A stretch of 63,942 bases of DNA. Origin: Paraspadella gotoi. Lineage: Eukaryota > Animalia > Chaetognatha. The notes beneath the pieces are model-generated. The model was not told the origin of the DNA. It did no database searches and saw only the letters and a program-made list of their open reading frames with translations. How positions within the stretch are numbered: position 1 is the first letter of the stretch; every line of letters starts with the position of its first letter. Made by a program: the position numbers and the translations under genes. Of this stretch, positions 13,251 through 27,736 are shown piece after piece. The stretch lies in the NCBI GenBank assembly GCA_051294375.1, contig CM119265.1, positions 1,165,539-1,229,480 of the forward strand, read 5' to 3'.

Positions 13251-14425
13251 CTCTTCTCTCTCTGGCGGTGGTTAAGAAGACGCTTACGGCAATTAAACAA
13301 ATACCTTTTTCCCCTCAAGGACAAAATAAATTAGGATATACATAATAGTTTTTTTTTCATGAAAATAATTCTGTTAATTAGTTAGAAAATTTAAATAGGA
13401 CATAACTTGATAAAGAACTGGACAAATTATTGAAGAAAAGACGCTTATTCAAAAATTACTATTCACAAATTATTATTCATTTATCAACTCAACTTCAAAA
13501 ACATATTTTATTAATAATAAATATTTTGATATAATCGATCAATCAACCCATTCAATTAAATAATTCAAATTCATAATTCTATTATTTATATTTTGATGGT
13601 TCATGGTTTATAAAAGACTAACGAACCAGCAAAAAAGCGTTCACAGCAAAATAACGACAGTAAAAATATATGAGCGAAGAGAAAGGAGAGAAAAGAGAAA
13701 ACAAAATATAGAATTAAATATTATTTTTGCGCTTTTTCGTTTCTTTATCTTTTTTTACTATATTTATTAATGCTATTAGGCAATATAAAACATATATGTT
13801 TGCCAGACATTATCATTATGCATATCTTTTTTTATATATTTATAATTTGCTATTAGCAAAATAAAACAAATGTTTGCAAGATTTTATCATGATGCATTAT
13901 TTTGATAAGCTCGATGAGCTAAAATTACTCATGGGTTAAATTCAAGATATTTTTTCTCTTTAGCAACTTTTGATGTGTACCTCAGTCAATCTGAAATTAG
14001 AGACTTAAAGTAGATTCAGAGCAGAATGTTCAACAGGAAGATGACCTTCAATACTTTTAGTTTTGTTTCTAAAGTCTATATTTTAAATTTAAAGTTAATA
14101 TTTATAAAATTAACGCATTTTAACGGTTANNNNNNNNNNNNNNNNNNNNNNNNNTTCTCTCGTCTCTCTCTCGATCCTCCTCTCTCTCCGTCTCTCTCTC
14201 TCTCTCTCTTTCTCTTCTCTCTCTCTTTCTCTCGTGCCATCTCCTCTTCATCTCTCTCTCTCTCCCTCTTTTGCATCGAACAGACGTTATCAAGATTCCA
14301 AGGATCTTTTGATGTCATTCAAATTAAAACAAAAAGATCCATCAATTCTTATTCGTCGTCGTCGGTTTGTCGTCATCGAGACAAAGATTCATTTATCAAA
14401 CAGATCACTTCGAAAAGTCAACAGG

Positions 14426-14509
<84 letters not shown>

Positions 14510-14643
14510 GAGAGAGAGAGAGAAGAAGAGGGTGAGAGAGAGAGAGAGAAGAGAGACGAGACGAGAGAGGCAGGGAGAGTGAGAGAGAGAGAGAAAGAGA
14601 GCAGAGAGGAGTAGAGAGAGAGAGAGAGAGGAAGAGAGGAGGT

Positions 14644-14674
<31 letters not shown>

Positions 14675-14792
14675 AGAGATCAAATTTGTAATCGCAAGGC
14701 TGGTCCAGTTCTGTCGGAGACCAACTTTGCCAAAACCAAAACGAAGTCTAAGATGAGACAAACAACAACAACAACAACACACAAACAACAAC

Positions 14793-14851
<59 letters not shown>

Positions 14852-15327
14852 CAACCAAAGGAAATAAATTTTATTGGTTGGAAAGAATATAATAAGATAC
14901 AAAACATAAATGACAAAACAAACAAACCAGAAAAATAGAAAGAGAGAAGAGAGAGAGAAGAAGAGAGAAGAGAGAAGAGAGAGAGAGAGAAGAGAAAGAG
15001 AAGAGAGAAGAGAGAGAAGGGGTGAAGAGAGAAGAGTGAGAAGAGACTTCTTAGAAAATAATTAACGTTAAAATGAAAAAAAATGTTTATGGAACAAAAA
15101 CACATTGTCGTCGTCGTCACGTCGTCGTCGTCGGTGTCTTTAGGAAGAAAAACATGTTTTAAGACTTTTAAGTTAATTTTTTAGTTTTGCGTATTTAGGT
15201 TGTTTTTTTGATTGAATTGAGTGATTGATTAAACCTAAATTGATTGTTTTTGTAGATTGATTAGAATGTTTGATTTGGTTAATTACCTCAATTGGTTCTT
15301 TGGTTTTGTTAATTTTGAGGATTTGGT

Positions 15328-15408
<81 letters not shown>

Positions 15409-16170
15409 AAGAGAGAGAAAGAGAGAGAGAAGAGAGAAGAGAGAGAGAGAATGAAAGAGAGAAAGAGAGAGAGAGAGAAAAAGAGAAGAAAGAAAAGAGA
15501 AGAGGAGAAAGAAAGGAGAGAGAGAGAGAGAAGAAGAGAGAAAGAAAGAGAGAAAGAGAGAGAAGAGAGAGAGAGAGAGAGAGCAGAGAGAAGGGAGTGG
15601 AGTGGCTGCTACCAAATTGGAGATTCTTATGAGAATAAAAGTGGAAAAAGAGAATTTCGGAAAAGTTCGATTGAGAATTTGATGGACAAAAAAAAGTTTT
15701 AAAAGGAGAAAAAAATGAAGCGAATTAAAAAAAATGAAATGGAATTGAGAGAAAGAAAAAAATGAAAAATGGGATACAATGAAATGAGAAATGAATAAAG
15801 TAAAAATGTAAAAATAGAGTTGCAGAAAACTAGGAAATAGGATTAAAATGGAAAGTTATTTGTATAAACTAAAATCAGTGATTACAAATAATAGTATAAA
15901 AAATACTGAAAAGAACATGGCGTCTGTCCTCTCTCTCTCTCTCTCTCATCGCTCTCCATCTCTTCTTCTCTCTCTCTCGTCCTCTCTCTCTCCCTTCTCT
16001 CTCCTCTCTTCATCTCCGCCTCATCCTCTCTCCTCTCTCTCTTCTTTCTCTCTTCTTCCTCTCTCTCTGTCTCTCCACTGCTATGAAATCGAACTGGAAT
16101 AAAAATGCGATACATAATAAAGTGTTTCCATCACGAAATCAATAACGCTGTAACTGTTTGTGGGGAAAGA

Positions 16171-16201
<31 letters not shown>

Positions 16202-17400
16202 AGAGAAGAGAGAGAAGAGGAGAAGAGAGGAGAAAGAGAGAAATCACAGAAAATAAGTAAACAATAGACAATATAAAAGTATTGACAAAGAAAGTCATGA
16301 CAATATAAAGTTCTAAGAATAAAAAAAAAAAGTCAAAATCTTCCGTCGAGTCACATTTAGTTACTTGCCTTTCGGATGGAAGCAAAACCCTTAAGGCAAC
16401 GAAGTCTAAAAGGCAAACCGATTTTAAGTTAATATAGAAATATAAATGACATGACAAAGAAGAGAGAGTGAGGAAAGAGAGAAGGGGGGGGAGAGGAGAG
16501 GGGAGAGAGAAAGAAAGAGAGAGAAGGGAGAGAGAGATAAGAGAGAGGAGAGTGGGCGGAAGAGAGAGAGGAGGGGGAGAGATACAAAGAGAGAGAGAGA
16601 GAACAGAGAGAAGGGAGGGAGAAAATAGAGGAGAGAGACAGGAAGACAGCTGGGGACCAAGTAGATTGGCTTCGTCAACCGCCGTGCTTGTTTCTTGGCC
16701 AAAGCAATGGCGTTCCGGCCAAAGAGCTTGATTCGTTTTTAATCAAATCACTCCCTTTTCATTAGTAATTAAAAATTCTTTAGTTAAAAGCTTTTATTTT
16801 AAGTTCACATGAAAATATTTAAGTCTTTCTTTTTTCTAACATATCCATCCTTCCTTTTTTCCTCTCTCTCTCTCTCTCCTCATCTCTCTCTCTCTCTCTC
16901 GTCTCCTCTCCTCTCTGAAAAAAACTCTCTACGTTTGAAATGTAAATTTAAAAATTAAAATTAAATTAAATTAAAATTATTTAAAATAAAAAAAAATGTA
17001 AAAATGAATCAGCCAATTGACTAATTGAGCCGTGGTATCATAACAATCCTTAAAAATTGCTGATAGAAAAAATGATAGAGAAAAGGAAAACATATAGAGA
17101 GAAAAAGAGCCAAATGTGTAGAGGAAGAATGGAATCGAAATGATTAGAGAGTGAGAATGAAAGGAGAGAGAGAGAGAGAGAGAGAGAAAGAAGAGGAGAA
17201 GGAGTTTGAGGGTAAAGAGCGCAAGAAAAGAAATGAGAGCGATTTTGAATAAAGGCTCATTTTCATGCGGTACCACATAATTTAAAGTGAGTCCGATCAC
17301 TCCCCTGAATCTCTATTCCAAAACTTTTATTTCTCTCCGTCTACTATCTCTCTACTCTCTCATCTCTCTCTCTTCCTCTCTCCTCCTCATCTCTTCTCCT
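12420..17400. repeat. Inverted duplication, 12420-13260 vs 16460-17400
   Basis: ccaagaaacaagcacggcggttgaccgaagccaatctacttggtccccagctg (~13043) appears reverse-complemented at ~16647-16700; tatgtggtaccgcatgaaaa likewise. Confidence 0.93.
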
Positions 17401-18339
17401 TCCTTCTTATCCCTCTCTCTCACTCGCCCTGATCTCTCTCATCTCTCTCATCTCAACGCCGCCCCGTCGTCCTCATCTCCGAACACGCATCTCTCCCCGT
17501 CTCCATTCCCTCTCTCGTCCACGCCTTCTCTCGTCTCTCCTCTCCGTTCACCTCCTCATCCCTTCTGAATTCTATTTCTTCTTATCTTCATTTTGTGTTG
17601 TCTTTATCTTTTTTTTTTCGTTGTGAGAGATGCCGTTGAGCGGGACTGAGAATTGGTTTAGAAAGATCCGAAAAAGCGATAAAATTTAACTTTTCATAAA
17701 TGAGGGACTTTTAGTCGAGAGCACGAGAGAGTAAATAGTTCCTCATGATACTCGCTTCATCGTACTGTTCTCAATCAGTCTCAGCTATGGGCAATGAAAA
17801 AGAGATGAGAGAGGAGTAGTTGATCACCCGTAGGCGATAGACTAAACCATTGGAAGGTTAGATAAGGAATAAGAAAAAATAAAATCATATTCAAGTCAAC
17901 CAAGAAGAGATATGAGTTCTCATCTAATATTTAAAAAATTTCAAAACTATCTATGTCATTTTTCGTTACAAGAAAGGTGTTTTGCCATAACTTGTCGGAT
18001 TTAGTCAAAAGAAAATGTTTATTTAAAATGATTGAATGAAATTCGAGGCAGAGAAGCGAAGAGATTCACGAGACGATGTGACGTTTAATGAGCAAGGAAA
18101 AGCAGAAAGCACGGAAGCGCATGGCGTATCTCCATGAGCAGGAGCAGAGTCGATCAGTCAAGAGGAACTCGAGCGTAAACGAATCCGTATCGTCTCTCTC
18201 AACAGTCCCCATCGCTTCAGATACGTCTCGATGACGAGTGAGACGGTAACTAACATGCCTCGTCGATCTTCTCAGTCAGTCATTCTCGAGTACTCTCTCT
18301 CTCTCGATCTCTCTACTCTCTACCTCTTTCTCTTGGGGA

Positions 18340-20890
18340 TGGTAAGAAAGACGCTTACGGCAATTAAACAAATACCTTTTTCCCCCTCAAGACAAAAATA
18401 ATTAGGATATAATAATGAGTTTTTTTCAGAAAATAATTACTTTAATTAGTTAGAAAATTTATAAGAGGACATAACTTGATAAAGAACTGGACAATTATTG
18501 AAAGACGCTTATTCAAAAATTACTATCACAAATTATTATTCATTTATCCAACTCAACTGGTCGGAAAAAAATATTTTATATATATATTATAATATTTGGA
18601 TTAATCGATCAATCAAACTATTCAATTAAATAATTAAATTCAATAATTTATATTTATATTTATGAGTTATGCGTTCTATAAAAGACTAACAACCAGCAAA
18701 AAAGCGTTCACAGCTCCAAAACCTAACATGACAGAAATATATGAGCGAAGCAGTTAAAGCAGAGAAAAGAGAAAACAAAATATAGAATATAAAAATATTT
18801 TTGCGCTTTTTCTGTTTTCTTATCTTTTTTTAACTATATTTATTAATGCATATGCTATAAAATAATGGCAGAATATATATGCACTTTTTATATATTATGT
18901 TTATAAAAAATGGCAAGATTTTATCATGATGCAATTATATTTGATAAGTCTCGATTGAAGCTACAAATTACTCATCCGGGTAAATTCTCAAGATATTTTT
19001 TTCTTTAGTCGTCCACTCTTTGATGTGTAACTCAGCACTGTTAACTTAAAGTAGATCAGCATGTCAACAGGAGATACCTTCAATACTTTAGTTTTGTTTT
19101 AAATGTCTATTTTTAAATTTAAAGTTAAATTATAAAATTAACCGCATTTAACGGCTTAAACCGATAAAAAAATGTTAGTTTTACTGTCTTCAAGCGAACG
19201 TTTCCCTAAAAAAATTAAGGGTTAACGAAATCTCTAATGTTTCGAAGTTAAGTTAAGTCGTCTTTCCCGAACTTATGGTTTCTCTCCTGCCACTGCTTCT
19301 ATCACACACGATTTCTAATTTCTTTTCATGTTCGCTCTAATCAATCTCATTTCCATTCTTCTCACACATTGGCTTATTTATTCTCTCTTTCATTGTTTCC
19401 TATTATTCTCTACCTCATTTGTTCTGATGTCACGAAGAATGAGAGAGAGTGTTTGTGTAGATTGAGAGAGAGAGAGGGTGTAGAGAGCATGGTGAGTAGG
19501 AATATAGGGAGAGGACTGAGAAAGAGATGAGACAAAGAGAGCAGAGAGTGAAGAGGAGACAATTCCAAAGTGACATTTCCTTAATTTACAGTTCACTTAA
19601 AAAGGTGATATATGAGTCAGTGAAGAGAATATGATAAGTGAGTGGAAGGAAACGTGGGCGCTCACTTGATGAATGTAATTTGATTTAAATGCAAATCCTA
19701 ATATTTAAGATCCTAAGGAACTTACAATTTTTTACTGTGAATTCAATTAACTTAAGTAAAAGTTTTATATAATTAATTAATATATACTATATTTATATTT
19801 AAATAAATAAATTATAAATATATATATTTAAATAAATTATTATAATTATATAAATAATTTAAAATAAAAATAAAAATTATATTATAATATAAATTATAAC
19901 TAACAGATAAATAATATATGAGTTATTATTATTATTTTTAATAATAATATATACATAACAGAAAAAATGTATGTATGGTAGTAGGGAGATATAGAATGAA
20001 AGACGATATGAAGTTTTCACAAATAAAGGAGATCAAACAATAATATCAGAATTATCTTAATATAACTTATTAAGAAGAAACCGCAGTACAAAAACAGATG
20101 CGACTGTACAGAGTAGATAAATACTAGGGAAAAAGGGATAAAAGAAAGGATCTATATGTAAGTAAACACACAAAGAGAAACTACAATATCATCTTTCTCT
20201 TCTCCATCGTCTTCTCGAGTCAACTCTAAAAAATAAACTTCTTCTTAATCTCAAAAATCGATTTTAATCTCTCTCTTCCACCTTCAAAATCTTCTCTATC
20301 AAAATTCGGAGTTTCTGCGATTGAATATCAAAAATCCGTCAATCCCAATCGCTACCTCTTGGCTCTCTCTCTCTCTGAGCGAAATGCTCGAATTGACTTA
20401 GCGATGGATCTGGCCTGGAACTATATAGATATTTAAAAAATGAGAACGACGAACAGAACCACGAAACGACGACGACAGGACGATGCACCAATCCACGATG
20501 TGATCGAGCCGTAACAGAAAAGGAGATAGATGAAGAAGTCGTCAAAGGGATGGACTATGGATTGTGACATCGTTACGAGTGCTGTCTGGCTGTGTCCTCA
20601 TCTGAGTCTTGTTGGGTGTTTACGCGTCCAGCTGTCTTCTCCTCCGAATTTAGTGGCTTGTCTGCGTATCTCGTCCCTCTGTTTGTATTTCCCTGTTCCT
20701 GTCTCAATGAATGTAATGTCATTGAAAAAACGGATGAATGAATGATGAGTGATATGAATAAACCAACTAATGCTAACTGAAATGACGAATGAATGAGAGC
20801 AGACCAAGGGAAGATTAATGCCCCTTGAAAAAACAGTAGCACAAAGAAATAAAAAACACATGGGAAATAACTACTAAGAGAGAGAGAGAT
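18340..20890 (+). repeat. Very noisy direct copy of 13268-14129 joined seamlessly to 21038-22290
   Basis: aagacgcttacggcaattaaacaaatacc at ~13277/18348; aaaccgataaaaatgttag at ~19158/21038; gacaattccaaagtgacatttcc at ~19558/21290. Confidence 0.92.
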
Positions 20891-21483
20891 GATCCATCCC
20901 TCAATCGCGGTTGAGTTAGAGACTACTCTTTGACCTGTCTATCATTAACGGAAGGTGGGGGAATAGAGGACAGAGGACGTAGTATGGATATCTCCACCGC
21001 AGAGGCACGGATGAGAGGTCTCGTCTCTCGTCCGCGCCAAACCGATAAAAATGTTAGTTTTAACTGTTAAGCGAAGTTCCTAAAAAATTAAGGGTTAACG
21101 AAACTCTAATGTGAAGTTAAAGTTAAGGTTCTTGAACTTATGGTTCTGACGTTTTTGTGACTCAAAGAATCCAGTGAGAGATAGAGAGAGAGTGTGTGAG
21201 AGAGAGAGAGAGGGAGAGAGAGAGGGAGAGGAAAATAAGGAGGGACTGAGAGAGAGAAAGAGAGAGAGAGAGAGTGAGCTCATGAGAGAGACAATTCCAA
21301 AGTGACATTTCCTAATTTACAGTTCACTAAAAAGGTGATATATGAGTCAGTGAGAGAATTGATTAGTGAGTGAAGGAAAAATGACTTGTGAATGATTGAT
21401 TTAAATTCAAACTAATAATGAAATAAGACATTACGGATTTAACAAGAAAGTTTAATAAGTAAATAAAAAATAACTATAAATAA

Positions 21484-21535
<52 letters not shown>

Positions 21536-21695
21536 AAATATTTACGTAACATTTATATTTACGTAAAAAAAATTGTTTTTGTAACAAATAATAAACATTT
21601 TTTCGACAAATAAAGAGATCAAACAATAATTATCAAATTATCCTAATATACTTATTAAAAGAAACCACAAAACAGATTCACTGTATATTTCTGGA

Positions 21696-21726
<31 letters not shown>

Positions 21727-24642
21727 GAGAAGAGAGAGAGGAGAGAGGCCCGAGAGAGAGAGATTGCCATGTTGAACACATTTTATCTTNNNNNNNNNNN
21801 NNNNNNNNNNNNNNNNNNNNNNNNNNNNNNNNNNNNNNNNNNNNNNNNNNNNNNNNNNNNNNNNNNNNNNNNNNNNNNNNNNNNNNNNNNNNNNNNNNNN
21901 NNNNNNNNNNNNNNNNNNNNNNNNNNNNNNNNNNNNNNNNNNNNNNNNNNNNNNCGACGACGACGACGACGATGAATACGATGATCAATAACAGAAAAGG
22001 AAGATTAGAAGTCGCAAAGGGATGGACTATGGATTTGTACATTCGTCTGTCTGTCTGGTTGTGTGTCCGTCCGATTTAGTGTCTGTCTGCGTATCTGCCT
22101 GTCCCTCTGTTTGTCTTTCCCTGTCTGTCTCAATGAATGTATGATTGAAAAAACGGATGAATGAATGAATGAGTGAATGAATAAACCAACTAATGAATGA
22201 ATGAACGAATGAATGAGCAGACAAAGGGAAGATTATGCTGAAAAAAGTACACAAAGAAAAAAAACACATGGGAAAAATACTAAGAGAGAGAGAGAGACAA
22301 ATGGGGAGAGAGATAGAGATAAGGAGGGAGAGAGGGACAGAGNNNNNNNNNNNNNNNNNNNNNNNNNNNNNNNNNNNNNNNNNNNNNNNNNNNNNNNNNN
22401 NNNNNNNNNNNNNNNNNNNNNNNNNNNNNNNNNNNNNNNNNNNNNNNNNNNNNNNNNNNNNNNNNNNNNNNNNNNNNNNNNNNNNNNNNNNNNNNNNNNN
22501 NNNNNNNNNNNNNNNNNNNNNNNNNNNNNNNNNNNNNNNNNNNNNNNNNNNNNNNNNNNNNNNNNNNNNNNNNNNNNNNNNNNNNNNNNNNNNNNNNNNN
22601 NNNNNNNNNNNNNNNNNNNNNNNNNNNNNNNNNNNNNNNNNNNNNNNNNNNNNNNNNNNNNNNNNNNNNNNNNNNNNNNNNNNNNNNNGGAATAAATTAA
22701 CGAAAAAAAATTAAATTGAATGAAGACAAACGAAATAAAAAGATGAGCTGAGAATTCCAGTTAAGAGGAGGAAGAGGAGGAGGAGGAGGAAGAGGAGGAG
22801 GAAGGAGAGGAGGAAGAGGAGGAGGTGTAGAACATATTTGTGTGGGAGGAGGGCCACTCGTGTGAAAGGGTCAATACTCTAAAAACGGACGGGGGGGAAA
22901 TAGGAATAGGAGGAGGAGGAGGAAGAGAAGGAGGAGGAGGAAGAAGAGGAGGAAGAAGAGGAGGAGAAGGTGCGCGAAGGGTCAAAATAGTTAACGTCAT
23001 TTGAGGAAATAAAAAATAAATCTGGAGAAGCTATTTTTTTTCTTTTTTAATTTCTTGCTGACTATTTTTTTAGATATTGAAATTATAGACGTTGAAATTA
23101 CTGACAAAAATCTCTGCTGACAACGAAAATGAATAATAATTTTAAAAATGAATTAAAAACTATGAATCAATTTTTTCTCCAATTCTAAAAAGTAATTCTA
23201 AAAATGGTAAAAAAAAATCGTAAAAACAGAAAATACTACAAAAATGTTTTTAATAATATATTTCTTATTTTCAATCAAGAATCTTAGAGATGAAGACGAC
23301 GACGACATAAACGTTTACTAAGACTGACGACGACGANNNNNNNNNNGACGACGACGACATCTGTGAGTATTTTCTTGGAGGCAAAACATTGAAGAAGAAA
23401 CAAAAAATTGTGGGCGGAGAAAATTAGACTTTTTTTATCTTTCTTTTCTTTCTTTCTTCTCTTTTTTCTTTTATTTTAGATTCTCTTTTTCTTCTCTTTC
23501 TTTTCTTTTTTCTTTTCTTTTTAGATTCTCTCTTTCTTCTCTTTCTTTTTCTTTTCTTTTTAGTTTCTCTCTCACTTCTCTTTTTTTCTCTTTTTCTTTT
23601 CGTTTTAGATTATCTTTTTCTTCTCTTTTTTTCTTTCTTTTTATTTTTANNNNNNNNNNNNNNNNNNNNNNNNNNNNNNNNNNNNNNNNNNNNNNNNNNN
23701 NNNNNNNNNNNNNNNNNNNNNNNNNNNNNNNNNNNNNNNNNNNNNNNNNNNNNNNNNNNNNNNNNNNNNNNNNNNNNNNNNNNNNNNNNNNNNNNNNNNN
23801 NNNNNNNNNNNNNNNNNNNNNNNNNNNNNNNNNNNNNNNNNNNNNNNNNNNNNNNNNNNNNNNNNNNNNNNNNNNNNNNNNNNNNNNNNNNNNNNNNNNN
23901 NNNNNNNNNNNNNNNNNNNNNNNNNNNNNNNNNNNNNNNNNNNNNNNNNNNNNNNNNNNNNNNNNNNNNNNNNNNNNNNNNNNNNNNNNNNNNNNNNNNN
24001 NNNNNNNNNNNNNNNNNNNNNNNNNNNNNNNNNNNNNNNNNNNNNNNNNNNNNNNNNNNNNNNNNNNNNNNNNNNNNNNNNNNNNNNNNNNNNNNNNNNN
24101 NNNNNNNNNNNNNNNNNNNNNNNNNNNNNNNNNNNNNNNNNNNNNNNNNNNNNNNNNNNNNNNNNNNNNNNNNNNNNNNNNNNNNNNNNNNNNNNNNNNN
24201 NNNNNNNNNNNNNNNNNNNNNNNNNNNNNNNNNNNNNNNNNNNNNNNNNNNNNNNNNNNNNNNNNNNNNNNNNNNNNNNNNNNNNNNNNNNNNNNNNNNN
24301 NNNNNNNNNNNNNNNNNNNNNNNNNNNNNNNNNNNNNNNNNNNAGAGAGAGAGAGAGAGAGAGACTATGTTGATAAGCTTCTTCCTTTCTCAATTTCCTT
24401 TTTCAAATCGACGTCTCAGTTTTCTTTACTCCAGTGACTAGTATTTTTAATACTTCTTTCAGAGAGAGAGAAAGAGAGAGAGAGAGAGAGCAAAAGATAT
24501 TATGTAAAATAAACTAAATTTAACAAACATTTTTGCTTTCTCCCCTAACTGAATCGATTTGTTATTCATTAATTATTAATCCGCTTTTAGAATTTTTCAT
24601 TAGAATAAACAATTTTCAACTTCAACGGCAAATAATTTATTT

Positions 24643-24691
<49 letters not shown>

Positions 24692-24699
24692 CCTCGCTT

Positions 24700-24845
24700 A
24701 ACGATTCCGCTGGATATCGATTAATCTCATTTGCATATTCGCGTCTCACCGAGAATCCGCGTTATTAACCCCGGAAGCGAAACCAACTGACTCGACTACT
24801 CGATTTGAATTTATGGCATCAGCCTCTAGCGGAAAAAGAGGAAAT
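24700..24845. promoter_or_regulatory. CpG-rich patch with octamer (ATTTGCAT), ETS-like CCGGAAG and CTCF-like motif; candidate promoter of the 26147 gene
   Basis: Motifs are visible ~1 kb upstream of a ttttaacag acceptor at 25879; function is inferred only. Confidence 0.25.
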
Positions 24846-26146
24846 TAAAAGTTGTTCATTTTTTATTTTCTTGTTTTATAACTGTATTTATTTTTTTCTT
24901 GTTTTTTTACCAATTTTTAAAGTTTCTCTTTATCGTATTTATAAGTTTTAAATGTTAGTGTCTTTTGTTTCTGTTAAATTTAATAAGGTAATATTATTGT
25001 ATCACTGTGCATTGTCACTGTCATCGTGGTTTTTTTAAATAAAAAAAAATAATTTAGTCAATAGTGTTTTTGGTATTAATATAAAAAAAATATCTACTTC
25101 ATCTACTTTTCATTTTGGTTCCCTTAAGATTTGATTATTTTATTGAATTATTGTCATTGGCAATGTCTTCATAAAAAAAAAATATTTATACTCGTCTTAA
25201 TTTATCCTAAACTACCTGTTTTATTTTAAAATCGGAATTATTAAGTATAAAAATTATGGTAGGATTATGTTGGTTGAGGATTAGAGTTAAGCATTAGAGT
25301 TAAGGATTAGGATTAGGGACATAAGTCTAGGATTAGGGGGTTGAGGATTATGTTAAGCTCAATTTATTAATGTTAGGTTATAAGTTTGGTAAGAGAATAT
25401 AATTAAATATTAAGGAAAATATTTAGAATTAAAAATCAGAAATGGGACACTTTTTAACATTTTAGAAAATTAAAAAAAAAATTATTGGCGCAGATTCTAA
25501 TTTTGTTGGTATTTTTACTCAGTTAATTATTACGACCATCTATGTATAATATACATACCTACATTGTATATATTACGACGGAATCTATGTAGGGGAATAA
25601 GTACAACAAAATTTCACAATTTTTGTTGCTTTTATACTATAATAAATATAGTAATAATTATAGTATAATTATAGTATATAATTATAATAATAGTTATACT
25701 ATAATTAAAGAGAAAACAAAAAGAGTCGGAACATGTTAATTTTTTTCCCCCCAAATAAAAAATAAATCGTTGTTTGTTGTCAAAACATTGTTTTCTATTC
25801 AAATATTATTTGAAAAAAAAAATTAAAAAAAAACATGGTTATTTCAATTCAAGCTTTTTATATTTTATTTTTTTAACAGGAAACAAACGACATCATAAAC
25901 ATCGAACAAACAAACAAACAAACAAACAAACAAACAAACAAAAACCAAACAAATCCACGTCACAAATTCAAAATCTAAAAAAAAACTAAAAAGAAAATTC
26001 AATCAAAATTTAATATGTTAAATAAAAGAAAATATTTGTAAACAAACAATAATCAGGAAATGAAACGAAATTTTTGTTTCTCATCGAAACCAAAACAAAA
26101 ATAAACAACTGACAAAACAAACAAAACAACAACAACAATAAGAAAA

Positions 26147-26838
26147 ATGAACAACTTGGCTGCGATTTTATTCTTTTTTCTTCAAATCGTCAAAAGTCAA
26201 CAAGATTTCCCACATTTGACCTTCGATCGGGCGACGCCCGACAGGCCAAGACCCGACAGGCCAAGACCCGACAGGCCAAGACCCGATAGGCCCAACCCTG
26301 ACAGGCCAATACTTGACAGGACAATTGTCGAAAGAGTGACGGCTGACAAAACCAACAACGTCAGGCCAACTGCTGTCGGGGCAACAAACATCGAGAGGCC
26401 AAGCCTCGACAGGTCAAACTTTAACAGGCCAAGCCTGGTCGACCCAAGACTCGGCAGCCCAAGTCCCGAGAGGCCAAATCTGAAGAGGCCAAACCTCGAT
26501 AGGCCAAACGTTAATAGGCCAGAGACCGACCAGATAACTTTCGGTAGGAGAACTTTTACCGACGATAATCTCGCTCCAGCTATCCACCATCCGCTACCCT
26601 CTTTTTCGCTACCCTCTTCTTCGCTACCCTCTTCATCGCTCCACTCTGGCTCCACTTCCTCCTTTCGTCATCGCTCCTCTACCCTCTCCCCTCACGTCAG
26701 CTCCTCTTCCTCCGATCTTACTCGCTCCTATTCCCTCCGCTCCTCTACATTCGCTTACCCATCGCGAACTTACCCCGAATCGAATAGACTCGTCGTGGGT
26801 GAGGAAGAATCTTTGTTTGACCACGAAGTTGATTTGAG

Positions 26839-26888
<50 letters not shown>

Positions 26889-26954
26889 CTGCTTCCTCGA
26901 CAAACGACGTCTCAGTGGAATTTTTATCTTCGCTTTTTGCCCAAAACGAGAATT

Positions 26955-26985
<31 letters not shown>

Positions 26986-27131
26986 ATTCTCTGCGACCTC
27001 TTGCGGATTAAACGGGAAAGACTTTGTCATTAACGACGATAACAAAAGGGACGACGATGACGACGACGAAGAAGAAAAAGAAGAAAGCGAAGTTAGCGAA
27101 GATAGAAAATCGCCAAAGATTTTAACGAAAG
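26147..27131 (+). CDS. Secreted repetitive protein, coding exon 1 (signal peptide, ~20 [DE]RPxx pentapeptide repeats, Ser-rich and acidic tracts)
   Basis: 330-codon uninterrupted, GC-richer ORF; hydrophobic N-terminus MNNLAAILFFFLQIVKS|QQ; AAAG|GTGATT donor at 27131/27132 (phase 1). Confidence 0.8.
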
Positions 27132-27132
27132 G

Positions 27133-27180
<48 letters not shown>

Positions 27181-27312
27181 ATAATTGAACGTTATTTTTC
27201 CTGATTGATGGATTGATTTGATTATTACCTGATTTATGTTTTGAATAAATGAAAACTTGATTGACTGACTGATTTAATAATTTTTTTATCTTCATGAATG
27301 ATTACTTGATAA

Positions 27313-27343
<31 letters not shown>

Positions 27344-27494
27344 TATTTATTGATTGAATAATCGCTTCCTTGACGGATTTATTTATTGATGGAATGAATG
27401 CTTGATAGATTGATTGATTGTTCGGTATACTGATTGATCGATAGAGTGACTGACTGATTGTTTGGTTAATTTATTCATTAATTTCTTTGTTCAG

Positions 27495-27736
27495 ATGTGG
27501 TCTTTTCCCCAATATCCAACGACGACGACGACAACAACATTAAGAACAACAACATTAACAACAACAACAACAACGACAACAACGACAACAACAACCCCCT
27601 TTCCCGCCATCCACGTTCCGTCTTCTCCGATGGACGACGCAAGATGGCAGCAATGATCAGATGGAAGAGAAGATTGCAAAAGAAATTGGATCGAAAGACG
27701 AAATTCTACGACAGCGCGTGGAGACACGGTAGGTGA
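27495..27736 (+). CDS. Secreted repetitive protein, coding exon 2 (Asp/Asn tract, RHPR furin-type site, basic C-terminus ...FYDSAWRHGR*)
   Basis: tttctttgttcag acceptor; G+AT completes Asp in frame with exon 1. It ends at TGA 27736 or splices at G|GTAGGT 27728/27729. Confidence 0.72.

Noticed and set aside
26197-26655. Antisense ORF with GLSGL repeats
   Set aside because: Shadow of the plus-strand repeat gene, which has the signal peptide and splice continuity.
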